The notes beneath the pieces are model-generated. The model searched no databases. It saw only the letters and a list, made by a program, of their open reading frames with translations, and was not told the origin of the DNA. A stretch of 64,000 nucleotides of DNA from Candidatus Aldehydirespirator sp. (GTDB lineage: Bacteria; Actinomycetota; Acidimicrobiia; Acidimicrobiales; Aldehydirespiratoraceae): positions 1,295,521 to 1,359,520 of the forward strand of contig OZ244836.1 of assembly GCA_965220645.1 (NCBI GenBank), read 5' to 3'. Positions 16,937 through 26,722 of this stretch are shown here, piece after piece (positions within the stretch are counted from its first letter, which is position 1; each line of letters opens with the position of its first letter). The position numbers were made by a program, and so were the translations under genes.

Positions 16937-18187
16937 ATGATCGGGAGCATGCCGCTGGAGGGTCTCAGAGTCGTCGAGGGGTCGGCGTTCGTGGCCGCAC
17001 CCTCGGGGGGCATGGCGCTGGCCCAGCTCGGAGCCGAGGTGGTGCGCTTCGACAGGATCGGCGGCGGCATCGACTACGGCCGCTGGCCGCTCACCGCTGA
17101 GGGTCGCTCCCTGTATTGGGCGGGCTTGAACAAGGGCAAGAAGTCGCTCGCCGTCGACCTCGGCAACCCCACGGCCCATGAGCTGCTTACCGAGCTGGTC
17201 GGCGCGGCCGGCACGTTCCTCACGAATTTTCCGGCCCGGGGATGGATGGCTCCGGAGCGGCTGGTCGCTCGCCGGGCCGACCTGGTGATGGTGGCCGTCA
17301 CAGGCAACCGCGACGGCACTACCGCCGTTGACTACACCGTGAACGCGGCGATGGGGTTCCCGATGGTGACTGGTGCCGCCGGCAGCGCCGATCCCGTCAA
17401 CAGCGTCCTTCCGGCCTGGGATCTGCTGTGCGGCCAGACGGCCGCGGTGGGGATCCTGGCTGCCGAGCGCCGCCGCCTGCTGACGGGTGAGGGCTCGGTG
17501 ATGACCCTCGCGCTGAGCGATGTGGCCCTGGCCGCCACGGCTGCGCTGGGATATGTGGCCGAGGTCCAAGTCAACGGCGCGGAGCGGCCGCGCTGCGGCA
17601 ACGACCTGTACGGAGCGTTCGGCGCAGAGCTGTCCACGGTCGACGGCCGGCGCTTCTACGCGGTGGCCATTAGTCGCCGGCAGTGGGACGCGCTGCTGGA
17701 GGCCACCGAGAGCGCCGGTCCTGTGGCTGGGATAGCGGCGGCACGGGGTCTCGACTTCGACGACGAGGGCGCCCGTTTCGAGGCGCGGCACGAGATCAAG
17801 GCGGCGATGCAAGCCTGGACCGGGGCAAGATCGTTCACCGAGGTGGCTGAGCGCCTCGACGCCCGCGGGGTTTGCTGGGGTCCCTACCAGACATTCGGCG
17901 AGCTGGTTGCGAGCGACCCGCGCTGTTCACCGACCGCGGGGCTCTTTGTTGAGGTGGACCAGCCCGGCATCGGCCCTTGCCTGGCCCCTATGTCGCCGGT
18001 GACCCCTACGGAAGTGGACGGTTGGGCGGCGAGCGACCACGGCAGGGACGCGGTGGCTCCCGTTCTGGGCGAACACACCGACGAAGTCCTGGCCGAATGG
18101 CTCGGCCTCTCGGATACCGACATCGGAAGGCTGCACGACGAAGGGATCGTGAGGGGCGCCGACGGTGCTAGCTCCACACCCTTCTAG
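16937..18187 (+). CDS. Family III CoA-transferase (CaiB/BaiF-like)
   Basis: 416 aa with N-terminus LEGLRVVEGSAFVAAPSGGMALAQLGAEVVRFD. The start could be M5 at 16949. Confidence 0.85.
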   Translation: MIGSMPLEGLRVVEGSAFVAAPSGGMALAQLGAEVVRFDRIGGGIDYGRWPLTAEGRSLYWAGLNKGKKSLAVDLGNPTAHELLTELVGAAGTFLTNFPARGWMAPERLVARRADLVMVAVTGNRDGTTAVDYTVNAAMGFPMVTGAAGSADPVNSVLPAWDLLCGQTAAVGILAAERRRLLTGEGSVMTLALSDVALAATAALGYVAEVQVNGAERPRCGNDLYGAFGAELSTVDGRRFYAVAISRRQWDALLEATESAGPVAGIAAARGLDFDDEGARFEARHEIKAAMQAWTGARSFTEVAERLDARGVCWGPYQTFGELVASDPRCSPTAGLFVEVDQPGIGPCLAPMSPVTPTEVDGWAASDHGRDAVAPVLGEHTDEVLAEWLGLSDTDIGRLHDEGIVRGADGASSTPF

Positions 18188-18240
18188 GAAGTATTCACTC
18201 GCCTTGCGAGGATTGTATACCGCTGCTAAATTGTATACCG

Positions 18241-18579
18241 ATGCTCGAGACCTACGAGACTTTCGCACCATCGATGGGGTCCGCAGCGTGGATGGAGCAC
18301 GGGCGCTGCGTGGGTGATAGCGGGTTGTTCTTCGCACCGTTCGCGGAGCGTCCCGAGGCCAGAGTGCGCCGTGAGGCCCGGGCCCGGTCGATATGCGAGG
18401 AGTGCGCCGTGCTGCACGCCTGTCGCGACTATGCCCGCCGGAACCGTGAGCTGGGCTTCTGGGGCGGTGAGAGCGAGTCGGAGCGAGCTGAGGCAGGGTT
18501 CGCTCCCACCACGCCGATTGTCGGCCGCAAGCGGGTGGCCGAGGAACGGGCCCGCGACGCCATGCGTCGCGTCCTGTAG
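18241..18579 (+). CDS. WhiB-family (Wbl) Fe-S transcriptional regulator
   Basis: Four Cys arranged C-x(n)-C-x2-C-x5-C (GRCVG...ICEECAVLHAC), followed by GFWGGESE. The start is uncertain (M1, M12 or M18). Confidence 0.85.
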   Translation: MLETYETFAPSMGSAAWMEHGRCVGDSGLFFAPFAERPEARVRREARARSICEECAVLHACRDYARRNRELGFWGGESESERAEAGFAPTTPIVGRKRVAEERARDAMRRVL

Positions 18580-18723
18580 AGACAAGCCGCGACAACGCCA
18601 CACCGAGAGCCGGGCAAGATGCCCGCGGCCATGTGTTCCCTAAGCGCTTTACGGAACCCGATAGTCCTTGCTACGTTCCGCTGCGGCGCGATCCGCCCGA
18701 CCGTCTCGACGAAGGACTACCCG

Positions 18724-20988
18724 ATGGGTGACACCTCTCTATGCGTGCATGCCCTCGGTCGTCTCCGTCGCCGAGTTGCCAGGATCGCCGCGACCGCCGC
18801 CGGGCTGGCGCTGCTCGCCGCCGTAATGGCACCCGCCGCGGCTGCCCAATCCGGGTCCTCGGGAGTCTCGATCCCCGACCCGTACCTCCGCAGCGCCATC
18901 GAGAGCGCCCTCGGCAAGCAGCCCGGGGCGACAATCAGCGAAGCCGAGATGGCCGGACTGGGGTCGCTGGACGCCAGCTACTCGAACGTCCAGCAGGCTG
19001 AGGGCCTTCAGCACGCGGTCAACCTGCGAGCGCTGTACCTGCAGGGCAACGGCATCTCGGACGCTTCGAGCCTCGCCAACCTGGCCAGGATGCAGGTGCT
19101 GGTCCTGAACGGCAACGACATCTCGGCGATCGACATCACCCGGATGACCAACCTCAGGTTCCTCGATCTCGGCAACAACGAGTTGGAGAGCATCGATCTC
19201 TCCGGTCAGAGGACCAGGGTCGGCGAGAACCCTCGGGACAGCCGGCTCTACGCGCTGTGGCTGCACAACAATCGCCTGACGTCGGTAGACCTGTCAGGCC
19301 TGACCGCCCTGCGAGACAGGCCGGACGGCGCTTCGCACCCGAACTTCGTGAGCCTGCGGCTGGACCGCAACCAGCTGAGGAGCGTCACCGGGCTCCGTGA
19401 CCTGCCGGACGGCGCCTGGAGCCTGAAGCTGGAGCACAACCAGCTGACCTCCGTCGATCTCAGGGGCGCAGACCACCTCCACTACCTGTACCTGAACAAC
19501 AACCCGATCTCGAGCACCGCCGATCTCGCCGGTTTCTCGGCACTGACCGATCTCAGACGGCTTCACCTCTACGAGACGGAGATCTCCTCGATCGACCTGT
19601 CGCGGTTCTCGAGGCTGCAACGGGTCTTCCTCAACGACAACAGGCTCACGTCCGTCGATGTCACAGGGCTGGACAGCGTCCAGCGACTCTGGCTTCGGGG
19701 AAACCGGATAGCTGGTGTCACGGGGCTGCCCGACATCGGCGACACCCTCATAGCCCTCAACTTGAGAAGCAACCGCCTGGCCTCGATCGACCTGTCGGGG
19801 CTGTCCAGCCTCCGCCAGCTCTACTTGAGCGACAACGCTCTCACCGCTGTGGATCTTGCGCCGTTGACGCAGCTGGACGTCCTCTGGCTGCAGAACGGCG
19901 TGTCGGTCGGCGGCAGCCCCGCCGACCCCGCCTACCAGAACCAGATCACAAGCCTCGGAACGCTGCCCCGATGGATCACCGATCTCCGGCTGGCCGGCAA
20001 CCCCCTGGCTGCACCGATCTCGCTGACGTCACGAGCCGGACTGCGGAAGCTCTACGTGAGCGGTGGCCAGATCTCGGGCCTGCCCGCGCTGGCCGTCCTG
20101 ACCGGCCTCACCGAACTGGGACTGAGGGACATGGACCTCACCGGGTCGAGCTTGTCGATGCTGCCGGGCCTGCCCGCGCTCCAGAAGCTGGACTTGAGGG
20201 ACAATTCGATCGCCGACTTGGCGGCGCTGGCGGCGTTGGTGCGGCTGACCGAACTGCGGCTCGACCACAATTTCGTCAGCGACGTCTCTCCGCTGTCGAG
20301 CATGACCGGCCTGGAGGATCTCTACGTAGCCGGCAATGTCATCAGCGACTACGCGCCGCTACGCCATCTGATCCTGGCCGGGCTGACGATCCACGGCGGT
20401 GACCAGCAGCGGGGGGACTCGCCGGACAACTTCTTCTGGGACATCGACGCGTCGGGCTCCCTCCACGGTTGGAACCTGAGCCGGCTGGCGGCGGACGGGA
20501 TCCTGGACAACACGGAGTGCGGTCTGGACCTCATCTGCCCCGGTCTGGCGCTTGAGCGCTGGGTGGTGGCCCTCTGGCTCGTGCGAGTCCTCGACGGTGA
20601 CGATCCCGAGCCGCTGGGTTACAACCGGTTCGAGGATGTGCATCCCGGCCTGCAGTGGGCGGCCCACGTAGAACGTCTGGCCGAGCTCGGGATCGTGTCG
20701 GGCTGCTCCCGCAGTCCCTCCGGCTTCTGCCCGCAGAACCCGGTCACCAGGGCCGAGATGGCGACTCTGCTCGCCCGGGCCTTCGAGCTGCAGCCGGACG
20801 TGCCCTCGGTGTTTGAGGACATCAACAGGCAGGGCCCCCATGCGGACAGCATCGACGCAATCGCCGCCGCGGGGATCACCATGGGCTGCGGCACCGAACC
20901 CGACCGGTTCTGCCCCGACGATCCGGTCACGAGGGGCCAGGCGGCCACCCTCATCAACCGGGCCCGCGACTTCGCCGCCGGGAGCTGA
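18724..20988 (+). CDS. Secreted leucine-rich-repeat protein with C-terminal SLH-like domains
   Basis: Start taken at ATG 18724, giving a signal-like N-terminus RLRRRVARIAATAAGLALLAAVMAPAAAAQ. More than 15 LRRs of the form LxxLxLxxNxLxSVDLSG. About 3 C-terminal SLH-like units (FEDVHPG..WAAHVERLAELGIVSG...VTRAEMATLLARAF; FEDINRQ...VTRGQAATLINRA). Confidence 0.75.
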   Translation: MGDTSLCVHALGRLRRRVARIAATAAGLALLAAVMAPAAAAQSGSSGVSIPDPYLRSAIESALGKQPGATISEAEMAGLGSLDASYSNVQQAEGLQHAVNLRALYLQGNGISDASSLANLARMQVLVLNGNDISAIDITRMTNLRFLDLGNNELESIDLSGQRTRVGENPRDSRLYALWLHNNRLTSVDLSGLTALRDRPDGASHPNFVSLRLDRNQLRSVTGLRDLPDGAWSLKLEHNQLTSVDLRGADHLHYLYLNNNPISSTADLAGFSALTDLRRLHLYETEISSIDLSRFSRLQRVFLNDNRLTSVDVTGLDSVQRLWLRGNRIAGVTGLPDIGDTLIALNLRSNRLASIDLSGLSSLRQLYLSDNALTAVDLAPLTQLDVLWLQNGVSVGGSPADPAYQNQITSLGTLPRWITDLRLAGNPLAAPISLTSRAGLRKLYVSGGQISGLPALAVLTGLTELGLRDMDLTGSSLSMLPGLPALQKLDLRDNSIADLAALAALVRLTELRLDHNFVSDVSPLSSMTGLEDLYVAGNVISDYAPLRHLILAGLTIHGGDQQRGDSPDNFFWDIDASGSLHGWNLSRLAADGILDNTECGLDLICPGLALERWVVALWLVRVLDGDDPEPLGYNRFEDVHPGLQWAAHVERLAELGIVSGCSRSPSGFCPQNPVTRAEMATLLARAFELQPDVPSVFEDINRQGPHADSIDAIAAAGITMGCGTEPDRFCPDDPVTRGQAATLINRARDFAAGS

Positions 20989-20995
20989 CGGCGCG

Positions 20996-22102
20996 CTAAG
21001 TACGGGACTGCTCGGTTGGGGGCGCGAGCCCGACCGCGATCACCAGGCTGCCGATATGGCGCTTGTCGGCGAAGGCCTGCTGCGCTGCGTGGATCTCCTC
21101 CAGCGGGTAGGTGCCGCCCACCACGGGGCGGACCTCGCCCCGCTCGATGTAGCCCACCAGATCGGCGAAGACCTGCGGGGCGTAGACCGTGGCGCCGTGC
21201 AGTTGAAGGTCCTTCAAGTACAGCGTCCGCAAGTCAAGATCCACTACGGGTCCGGCGATGGCTCCCGAGGTGACGTAGCGCCCGCCCCGGCACAGCGCCT
21301 CGAGCCAGCCCGGGAAGCTGCCGCCCCCGACGACATCGGCCACCACGTCGAAGCTGCCGCCGTTGGCCTCGAGGGCGGCCGCGACGATGTCTCCGGACTC
21401 CCGGGCCAGCACCTCGTCGGCGCCCAGGTCCCTCACCCCGTCCCGCTTGGACGCTCCGGCGACCGCCACGACGCGGGCCCCGCGCCGCTTGGCCAGTTGC
21501 ACCAACGCGCTGCCCACGCCGCCGGACGCGCCCGGAACCGCGACGCTCTCGCCCGAGCGCAGGCCTGCTCGCTGCAGCATGTGCTCCGCGGTCGACCAAG
21601 AGCAGGCGAAGCTGGCCAACTCGATGTCCGAGAGCCCCACCGACACCGGGTACACGTTCTCTTGTGGAACCGTGCAGTACTCCGCGTACCCGCCGTCGCG
21701 CTCGCTGCCCAGATAGCCGGCTAGAGCGCGATCGTCGGGCCGGTCCCGGTCGCGCAGCCACGGGTCTACCAGCACTCGGCGTCCCACCAGTCCGGCATCG
21801 GCGCTCTCGCCCGCCGCCACCACCACACCGGCAATGTCGGCGCCCTGGATCCGGGGGAAGGACAGGCCGCTGCGACCCCAAGCCGAGTCTTCGGGGTCGG
21901 CCTCAGCGAAGCCTTGCGACGAGGTGGCGGAGGTGACCGAGCGGCTGTACCAGCCGACACGGGTGTTGATGTCGGTGTTGTTCATGCCGCATGCCGCCAC
22001 CCGCACCAGCACGTCGCCCAGGTCGGGACGGGGCACCGGTACGTCGTCTCGCACCGCGAGCATCTCGGGCCCGCCGGTGCCCAGCAGGACTGCGGCCCGC
22101 AT
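20996..22102 (-). CDS. Zinc-type medium-chain dehydrogenase/reductase (alcohol dehydrogenase / quinone oxidoreductase family)
   Basis: Start taken at ATG 22102 (MRAAVLLGTGGPEMLAVRDDVPVPRP). Nucleotide-binding segment VAVPGASGGVGSALVQLA. Confidence 0.8.
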   Translation of the reverse strand: MRAAVLLGTGGPEMLAVRDDVPVPRPDLGDVLVRVAACGMNNTDINTRVGWYSRSVTSATSSQGFAEADPEDSAWGRSGLSFPRIQGADIAGVVVAAGESADAGLVGRRVLVDPWLRDRDRPDDRALAGYLGSERDGGYAEYCTVPQENVYPVSVGLSDIELASFACSWSTAEHMLQRAGLRSGESVAVPGASGGVGSALVQLAKRRGARVVAVAGASKRDGVRDLGADEVLARESGDIVAAALEANGGSFDVVADVVGGGSFPGWLEALCRGGRYVTSGAIAGPVVDLDLRTLYLKDLQLHGATVYAPQVFADLVGYIERGEVRPVVGGTYPLEEIHAAQQAFADKRHIGSLVIAVGLAPPTEQSRT

Positions 22103-22190
22103 GACCGCGGGCCCCTCAGAATCGGCCACGGCGGTCGACAGCTCCGTTCCTCCTCGGCACGAGGCGCTTGCTACCCATTCGCGGATGCTC

Positions 22191-22958
22191 TCATTGTGCG
22201 AGCCGGTGCGCGTGCATGGCCTGGTAGTGGGGCAGGCAGGCGGCATAGGCGTCTCTGAGGAGTTGGTTGTGGTCGATGGCCACATAGTCGCGCTTCTGGC
22301 GTGACAGCGTCGTGGACTGGGAGAGATTGGCATGCCAGGTGCCGGTCTCGTACCAGGTCAGCTCGGACGCCTTGGTCGCGCCCCACAGCAGCGCTTCCGG
22401 TATGAAGTCGATCCCCACTGCTTCGCACCATGCCGCGGTGATGCGGTGCGGATCGTCGAGCATGTCGTCGGCGTCGATGACGGGAGGCGGGCTTCCGGTG
22501 CGCTGCGCCAGCAGGTCGAACAGCGCGCGCTGCTCAGCGAAGCCGGTCTCTTCCAACGTGAAGTCCGTCCACTGCGCGTACATCGACGTCAACGTCTTGG
22601 CGGGGTCGCGGATCAAGAAGGAGTGATTGAACGCGTCGAGGAACGCCAGTTCCAGGTCGTCGGGACCGGTGGGAGAGACCACCCAGTCGTGCATGTGGGT
22701 GACGTAGTGGGGGAAGTCCTTCATGAACACCGGTTCCCGCCGAGCGACTGACACCAGCTCCGCCCAAACCGACTCGTAGCTGAGATCCGGCCGGTGCTGT
22801 ACGTGGCTGTCGGGCGGGTGGGTGTCGTTGCCGATCGAGTACCACACCTCCCCGAAGGGCTCGTGCACGCAGTTGTGATCGCCGCGCTGGCTCATCATCC
22901 GCTCGAACGCGGTTGACGTCGAGCGGGGCACCGCCCACAGCACCAGGATCGGGATCAT
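22191..22958 (-). CDS. Sulfotransferase-like protein (tentative)
   Basis: 255 aa. The N-terminal LWAVPRSTSTAFERMM resembles a 5'-PSB PAPS-binding loop. No further support. Confidence 0.45.
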   Translation of the reverse strand: MIPILVLWAVPRSTSTAFERMMSQRGDHNCVHEPFGEVWYSIGNDTHPPDSHVQHRPDLSYESVWAELVSVARREPVFMKDFPHYVTHMHDWVVSPTGPDDLELAFLDAFNHSFLIRDPAKTLTSMYAQWTDFTLEETGFAEQRALFDLLAQRTGSPPPVIDADDMLDDPHRITAAWCEAVGIDFIPEALLWGATKASELTWYETGTWHANLSQSTTLSRQKRDYVAIDHNQLLRDAYAACLPHYQAMHAHRLAQ

Positions 22959-22976
22959 GTGGTTCGTTCCCTCCTT

Positions 22977-25481
22977 CTAGGCCCGCAGGCGGGTGTTCGT
23001 CGGATCGTGGACGGCCTCGGCCAGCACGCGGGCGGGCCGCAGGTCACCAACTACCCGGACCTCAAGGGCGGTGCCGGGCTCGGCGTGCTCGGGGGCCAGG
23101 TAGGCGAAGGCCAGACTGTGGCCGGTGTGGAAGCCATGAGCGCCGGAGGTCACCAGGCCCACAGCCTGCCCGCCGGCATAGACGCCGTCGGCTGCGTGCA
23201 CATCGGCGTCGTCGGAGTCCACGGCCAGGTAGGCGAGCCGCCACCGGTAGGGCTCCTCGCCCGAGGCTGCCCTGTCGCGGCGGGCCAGGAGGGCGTCGCG
23301 GCCCACGAAGTCGCCCTTGTCGACCTTGACAAAGCGCTGGAGACCGGCCTCGTCGCAGTTGACGTCGTGGGTGAGCTCGCGGCTGGTGAAGTAGCGCTTC
23401 TCCATGCGCAGAGAGTCCAGCGCGTGGTTGCCCGCGTCGGCCACCCCCAATGGCTCGCCGGCGGCCCACAGCGCGTCGTAGACGGTGCCGAGATCCTCGA
23501 CGGGCATGTGAAGCTCCCAGCCGAGCTCCCCGGTGAATCCCACCCTCAGCGCCCGCACATCGGGCACGCCGGCCACGGTGATGGGCCGTCCTCGCAGCCA
23601 TCCGAAGGTGTCGTTGCTCAGATCGGCGTCGGAGATCCGAGCCAGCAGGTGCCGTGCCGCCGGTCCGGTCACGTTCAGCACGCCCAACTCCGTCGATCGG
23701 GTCACGAGCTCGGCGTCCGCGCCGCCGGGCCAGTGCTCCTCGAAGAACTCGCGGTCCTTGCCCTCACCCGCGGCGGCCGAGACGAGGTACAGGTGGTCGG
23801 CGGCCAGGCGGGTCACGGTCAGCTCGCTCTCGATGCGAGCCTGCGGCGTCAGCAGGTACGTGAGCCCGATGCGTCCAACCGCAGGCACGTTGTTGGTGGT
23901 GAGGTGGTCGAGCACTGCGGCCGCGTCGGGACCGATCAGGTCGAACTTGGCGAACGCGGTGGCGTCGAGGATCCCGACCCGCTCGCGCACGGCTCGGCAC
24001 TCCTCGGCCACGGCCTCGAACCATCCGGTGTGGCGGAACGAGACCATGTCTTGGGAGGGCAGTCCGGCCGCGGCCGGGAACCACTTGGGCCGCTCCCAGC
24101 CGTAGACCTGAGTGAACACCGCGCCCTTGCCGTGCAGCCGTTCGTACAGGGGGGTTGTGCGGTAGGGCCGCCCGGCGGGCCGCTCCAGTCCGGGCAGCGG
24201 GGTCTGGTGCCGGTACTGGTGGTCCTCGGATCCCTTCACCCGCCCGTAGGACATGATGTCGTCGCGGTCGATGTAGCCGAACCGTCGGGGGTCGTAGGCC
24301 CGCACGCTCACCGAGGTTGTTCCCTGCACCATCCAGCGGGCCAGCTCCCGGCCCAGGCCCGGACCATCGGCAATCCCGACCTGCACGCCGACCATCTGCC
24401 AGAAGTTGGGAACGCCCGAAGGGCCCAGCAGGGGCTCGCCGTCGGGCGGGTACGAGATCGCGCCGCAGATGACCTGCTTGATGCCCAGCGGCTCCAGCAC
24501 CGGCATCCGCTCGAAGGCTCGGGCCAGCCACAGGCCGACCCGGTCGAAGTCGGCATCGAACAGCGGGTTCTCGAGCGACCAGTCCGGTCCGTCGGTGTCG
24601 TGCCAGACGGCCTCGGCGCCGGTCTGCTCGTAGATGCCGATCAGGCCCGACTGCTGCTCCCGGCGCAGGTATCCCGACACGTAGTCGTCTCGCACCACCG
24701 GCAGCTCGCGGTCGAGGTCGGCGAACTCCGGCACCGGCTCGGTCAGCAGGTAGGTGTGCAGGACGTTGGCGATGGGCACGTCGAGCCCCACCATGCGAGC
24801 CACCCGTTGCGCGTAGCAGCCCGCCGCGTTGACGACGTGCTCGGCGTGGACGGTGCCCCGCTGGGTGTCCACGTCGAAGGTGCCGTCATGCCGCCGCCGG
24901 ATTCCCAGTACCCGATTGCGCCGGCTGACGGCCGCGCCCAGGTTCCTGGCGGCCCGCACCATGGCGTTGGCCGCGCCTGCGGGGTCGACGTGGCCGTCGT
25001 CGGGGGTGTGGACCGCGCCGAGCATTCCGTCGGTCACGTAGAAGGGGTGCAACTTCGAGATCCGCGACGACCCGATCCATTCCATGGCATTGCCCACGTA
25101 GGTGGCCGGGCCGAGCTGGGCCCGCAGCCAGTCCACCTCCTCGGCGTTGTAGGCCACCCGCAGGCTGCCGCTGCGGTGCCACGAGGTGGCCACCTGAGTC
25201 TCGGCCTCCAGCGACGCGTACAGCTCGCAGGCGTAGCGCCGGAAGGATGCCAGCGCGTAGCTCGACACCGAGTGGGTGACCTGGCCCGCCGCGTGCCAGG
25301 TGGATCCCGATGTCAACTCGGCCTTCTCGATGAGGAGGGAGTCGGTCCATCCCTCATGGGCAAGGTGGTAGAGGGCGCTGGCTCCGCATATCCCGCCGCC
25401 GACGATCACTACCCGGGTCGAGTCCGGCAACGCGGAGCCGGAGTGTGCGGTTTGGTCGGGCGAGACCGAACGTTGCGCCAC
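22977..25481 (-). CDS. FAD-dependent oxidoreductase fused to a GcvT-type aminomethyltransferase domain (dimethylglycine/sarcosine dehydrogenase-like), paralog 1
   Basis: Dinucleotide fold VVIVGGGICGASALYHLA and a C-terminal GcvT/folate-binding region. The likely start is GTG 25481, preceded by GGGAGGGG. The ORF is open to 25598. Confidence 0.85.
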   Translation of the reverse strand: MAQRSVSPDQTAHSGSALPDSTRVVIVGGGICGASALYHLAHEGWTDSLLIEKAELTSGSTWHAAGQVTHSVSSYALASFRRYACELYASLEAETQVATSWHRSGSLRVAYNAEEVDWLRAQLGPATYVGNAMEWIGSSRISKLHPFYVTDGMLGAVHTPDDGHVDPAGAANAMVRAARNLGAAVSRRNRVLGIRRRHDGTFDVDTQRGTVHAEHVVNAAGCYAQRVARMVGLDVPIANVLHTYLLTEPVPEFADLDRELPVVRDDYVSGYLRREQQSGLIGIYEQTGAEAVWHDTDGPDWSLENPLFDADFDRVGLWLARAFERMPVLEPLGIKQVICGAISYPPDGEPLLGPSGVPNFWQMVGVQVGIADGPGLGRELARWMVQGTTSVSVRAYDPRRFGYIDRDDIMSYGRVKGSEDHQYRHQTPLPGLERPAGRPYRTTPLYERLHGKGAVFTQVYGWERPKWFPAAAGLPSQDMVSFRHTGWFEAVAEECRAVRERVGILDATAFAKFDLIGPDAAAVLDHLTTNNVPAVGRIGLTYLLTPQARIESELTVTRLAADHLYLVSAAAGEGKDREFFEEHWPGGADAELVTRSTELGVLNVTGPAARHLLARISDADLSNDTFGWLRGRPITVAGVPDVRALRVGFTGELGWELHMPVEDLGTVYDALWAAGEPLGVADAGNHALDSLRMEKRYFTSRELTHDVNCDEAGLQRFVKVDKGDFVGRDALLARRDRAASGEEPYRWRLAYLAVDSDDADVHAADGVYAGGQAVGLVTSGAHGFHTGHSLAFAYLAPEHAEPGTALEVRVVGDLRPARVLAEAVHDPTNTRLRA

Positions 25482-25609
25482 GTTGCCCCTCCCTTGGGTC
25501 CGTCCTCCGCAGGCGCCGGAGCGTGACGCTACCGCCGCGGATGAGGCACAATACGCATCCGAGGGCATGCGTTTGGGTCGTGCCGGACTACAGGACACAG
25601 GAGGTCGAG

Positions 25610-26722
25610 ATGCGTCTGTCGCATCCCGCTCTGGCCGATCCGGAGTTCTACGTGCCCGGCCTGCCTGCCGACTATGTGGCCGACCGCTACGGCGTCAGCG
25701 CTGCCGACATCGCCAAGCTCGGCTCCGCGGAGAATCCCCTGGGTGCGTCGCCGCTGGCGGTGCAGGCGATACGGGAGCAGCTTGACGCCCTGCACCTGTA
25801 CCCGTCGTGGACGGCCGAGCCGCTGCGGGCGAAGGTCTCGCGGACCTATGGCTTCGAGCCTGAGCGGATCATGTGCGGAGCGGGCGAGACCGAGATCATC
25901 TCGTGGCTGATCCGGGCGTTCTGCGAGCCGGGCGGGCGCATCCAGATGCCCGGCCCGTGCTTCCCCATCTATCACCTGTTCGCCGAGGCCGAGGGGCGGG
26001 TCCCGGTCCTGGTGCATGAGGCCACCGACCGCAGAACCATGGCGGTGAACGTCGACGCCTACATCGACGCCATCACTGACGACACCCGGATCGTGTTCAT
26101 CACCAACCCGCACAGCCCCTCGGGCACCTGGATGACCGAGGACGGCGTGAGGCGCATCATCGAGGCCGCGCCCGAAGCTCTGGTGGTGCTGGACGAGGCC
26201 TACGTGCACTACTCGGGCACCGGCGGATACATCCACCTCGCCGACGACTATGCCAACCTGGTGGTGCTGCGCACGTTCTCCAAGGCGTTCGGCCTCGCGG
26301 GCCTGCGGGTCGGCTTCGGCGTGGGGCCGAAGCCGGTGGTCGATGCCTGCCTGGCAGTCAAGCCGACCTGGAACATGGGAGTGCTGCAGACGGCGGGCGC
26401 GGGCGCTGCCCTGGACGACAAGGACCACCTTGACGCCACGGTGGACGTGATCTCGAAGGGCCGGGCCCATGCGCAGGCCCGCTTCGGCGCTCCTGACCGC
26501 TTCCGGATGGTGCCCGACAGCCGATCCAACTTCTTCCTGGTGGAGATCCTGGATCCCGGCACCGACTCCACCAAAGTGTTCGAGGGCCTGCTGGAGCGGG
26601 GCGTCATCGTCAAGGACGGATCGGTCTCGTTCCGGGGCCTGGACCGGCGCTTCCTGCGCTGCGACGCCAACCTGCCCGACCGCATGGACCGCCTCGTGGA
26701 CGCGCTGGCGGATCTGCCGTGA
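25610..26722 (+). CDS. PLP-dependent aminotransferase, HisC-like class
   Basis: ATG 25610 follows AGGAGG. Motifs GSAENPLGASP and the PLP-lysine region RTFSKAFGLAGLRVGF. Confidence 0.85.
   Translation: MRLSHPALADPEFYVPGLPADYVADRYGVSAADIAKLGSAENPLGASPLAVQAIREQLDALHLYPSWTAEPLRAKVSRTYGFEPERIMCGAGETEIISWLIRAFCEPGGRIQMPGPCFPIYHLFAEAEGRVPVLVHEATDRRTMAVNVDAYIDAITDDTRIVFITNPHSPSGTWMTEDGVRRIIEAAPEALVVLDEAYVHYSGTGGYIHLADDYANLVVLRTFSKAFGLAGLRVGFGVGPKPVVDACLAVKPTWNMGVLQTAGAGAALDDKDHLDATVDVISKGRAHAQARFGAPDRFRMVPDSRSNFFLVEILDPGTDSTKVFEGLLERGVIVKDGSVSFRGLDRRFLRCDANLPDRMDRLVDALADLP

Noticed and set aside
22959-25526. Plus-strand ORF of 855 aa.
   Set aside because: It is antisense to the DMGDH-like gene (clear FAD dinucleotide fold and GcvT domain on the minus strand). 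Its translation is compositionally biased and has no motifs.
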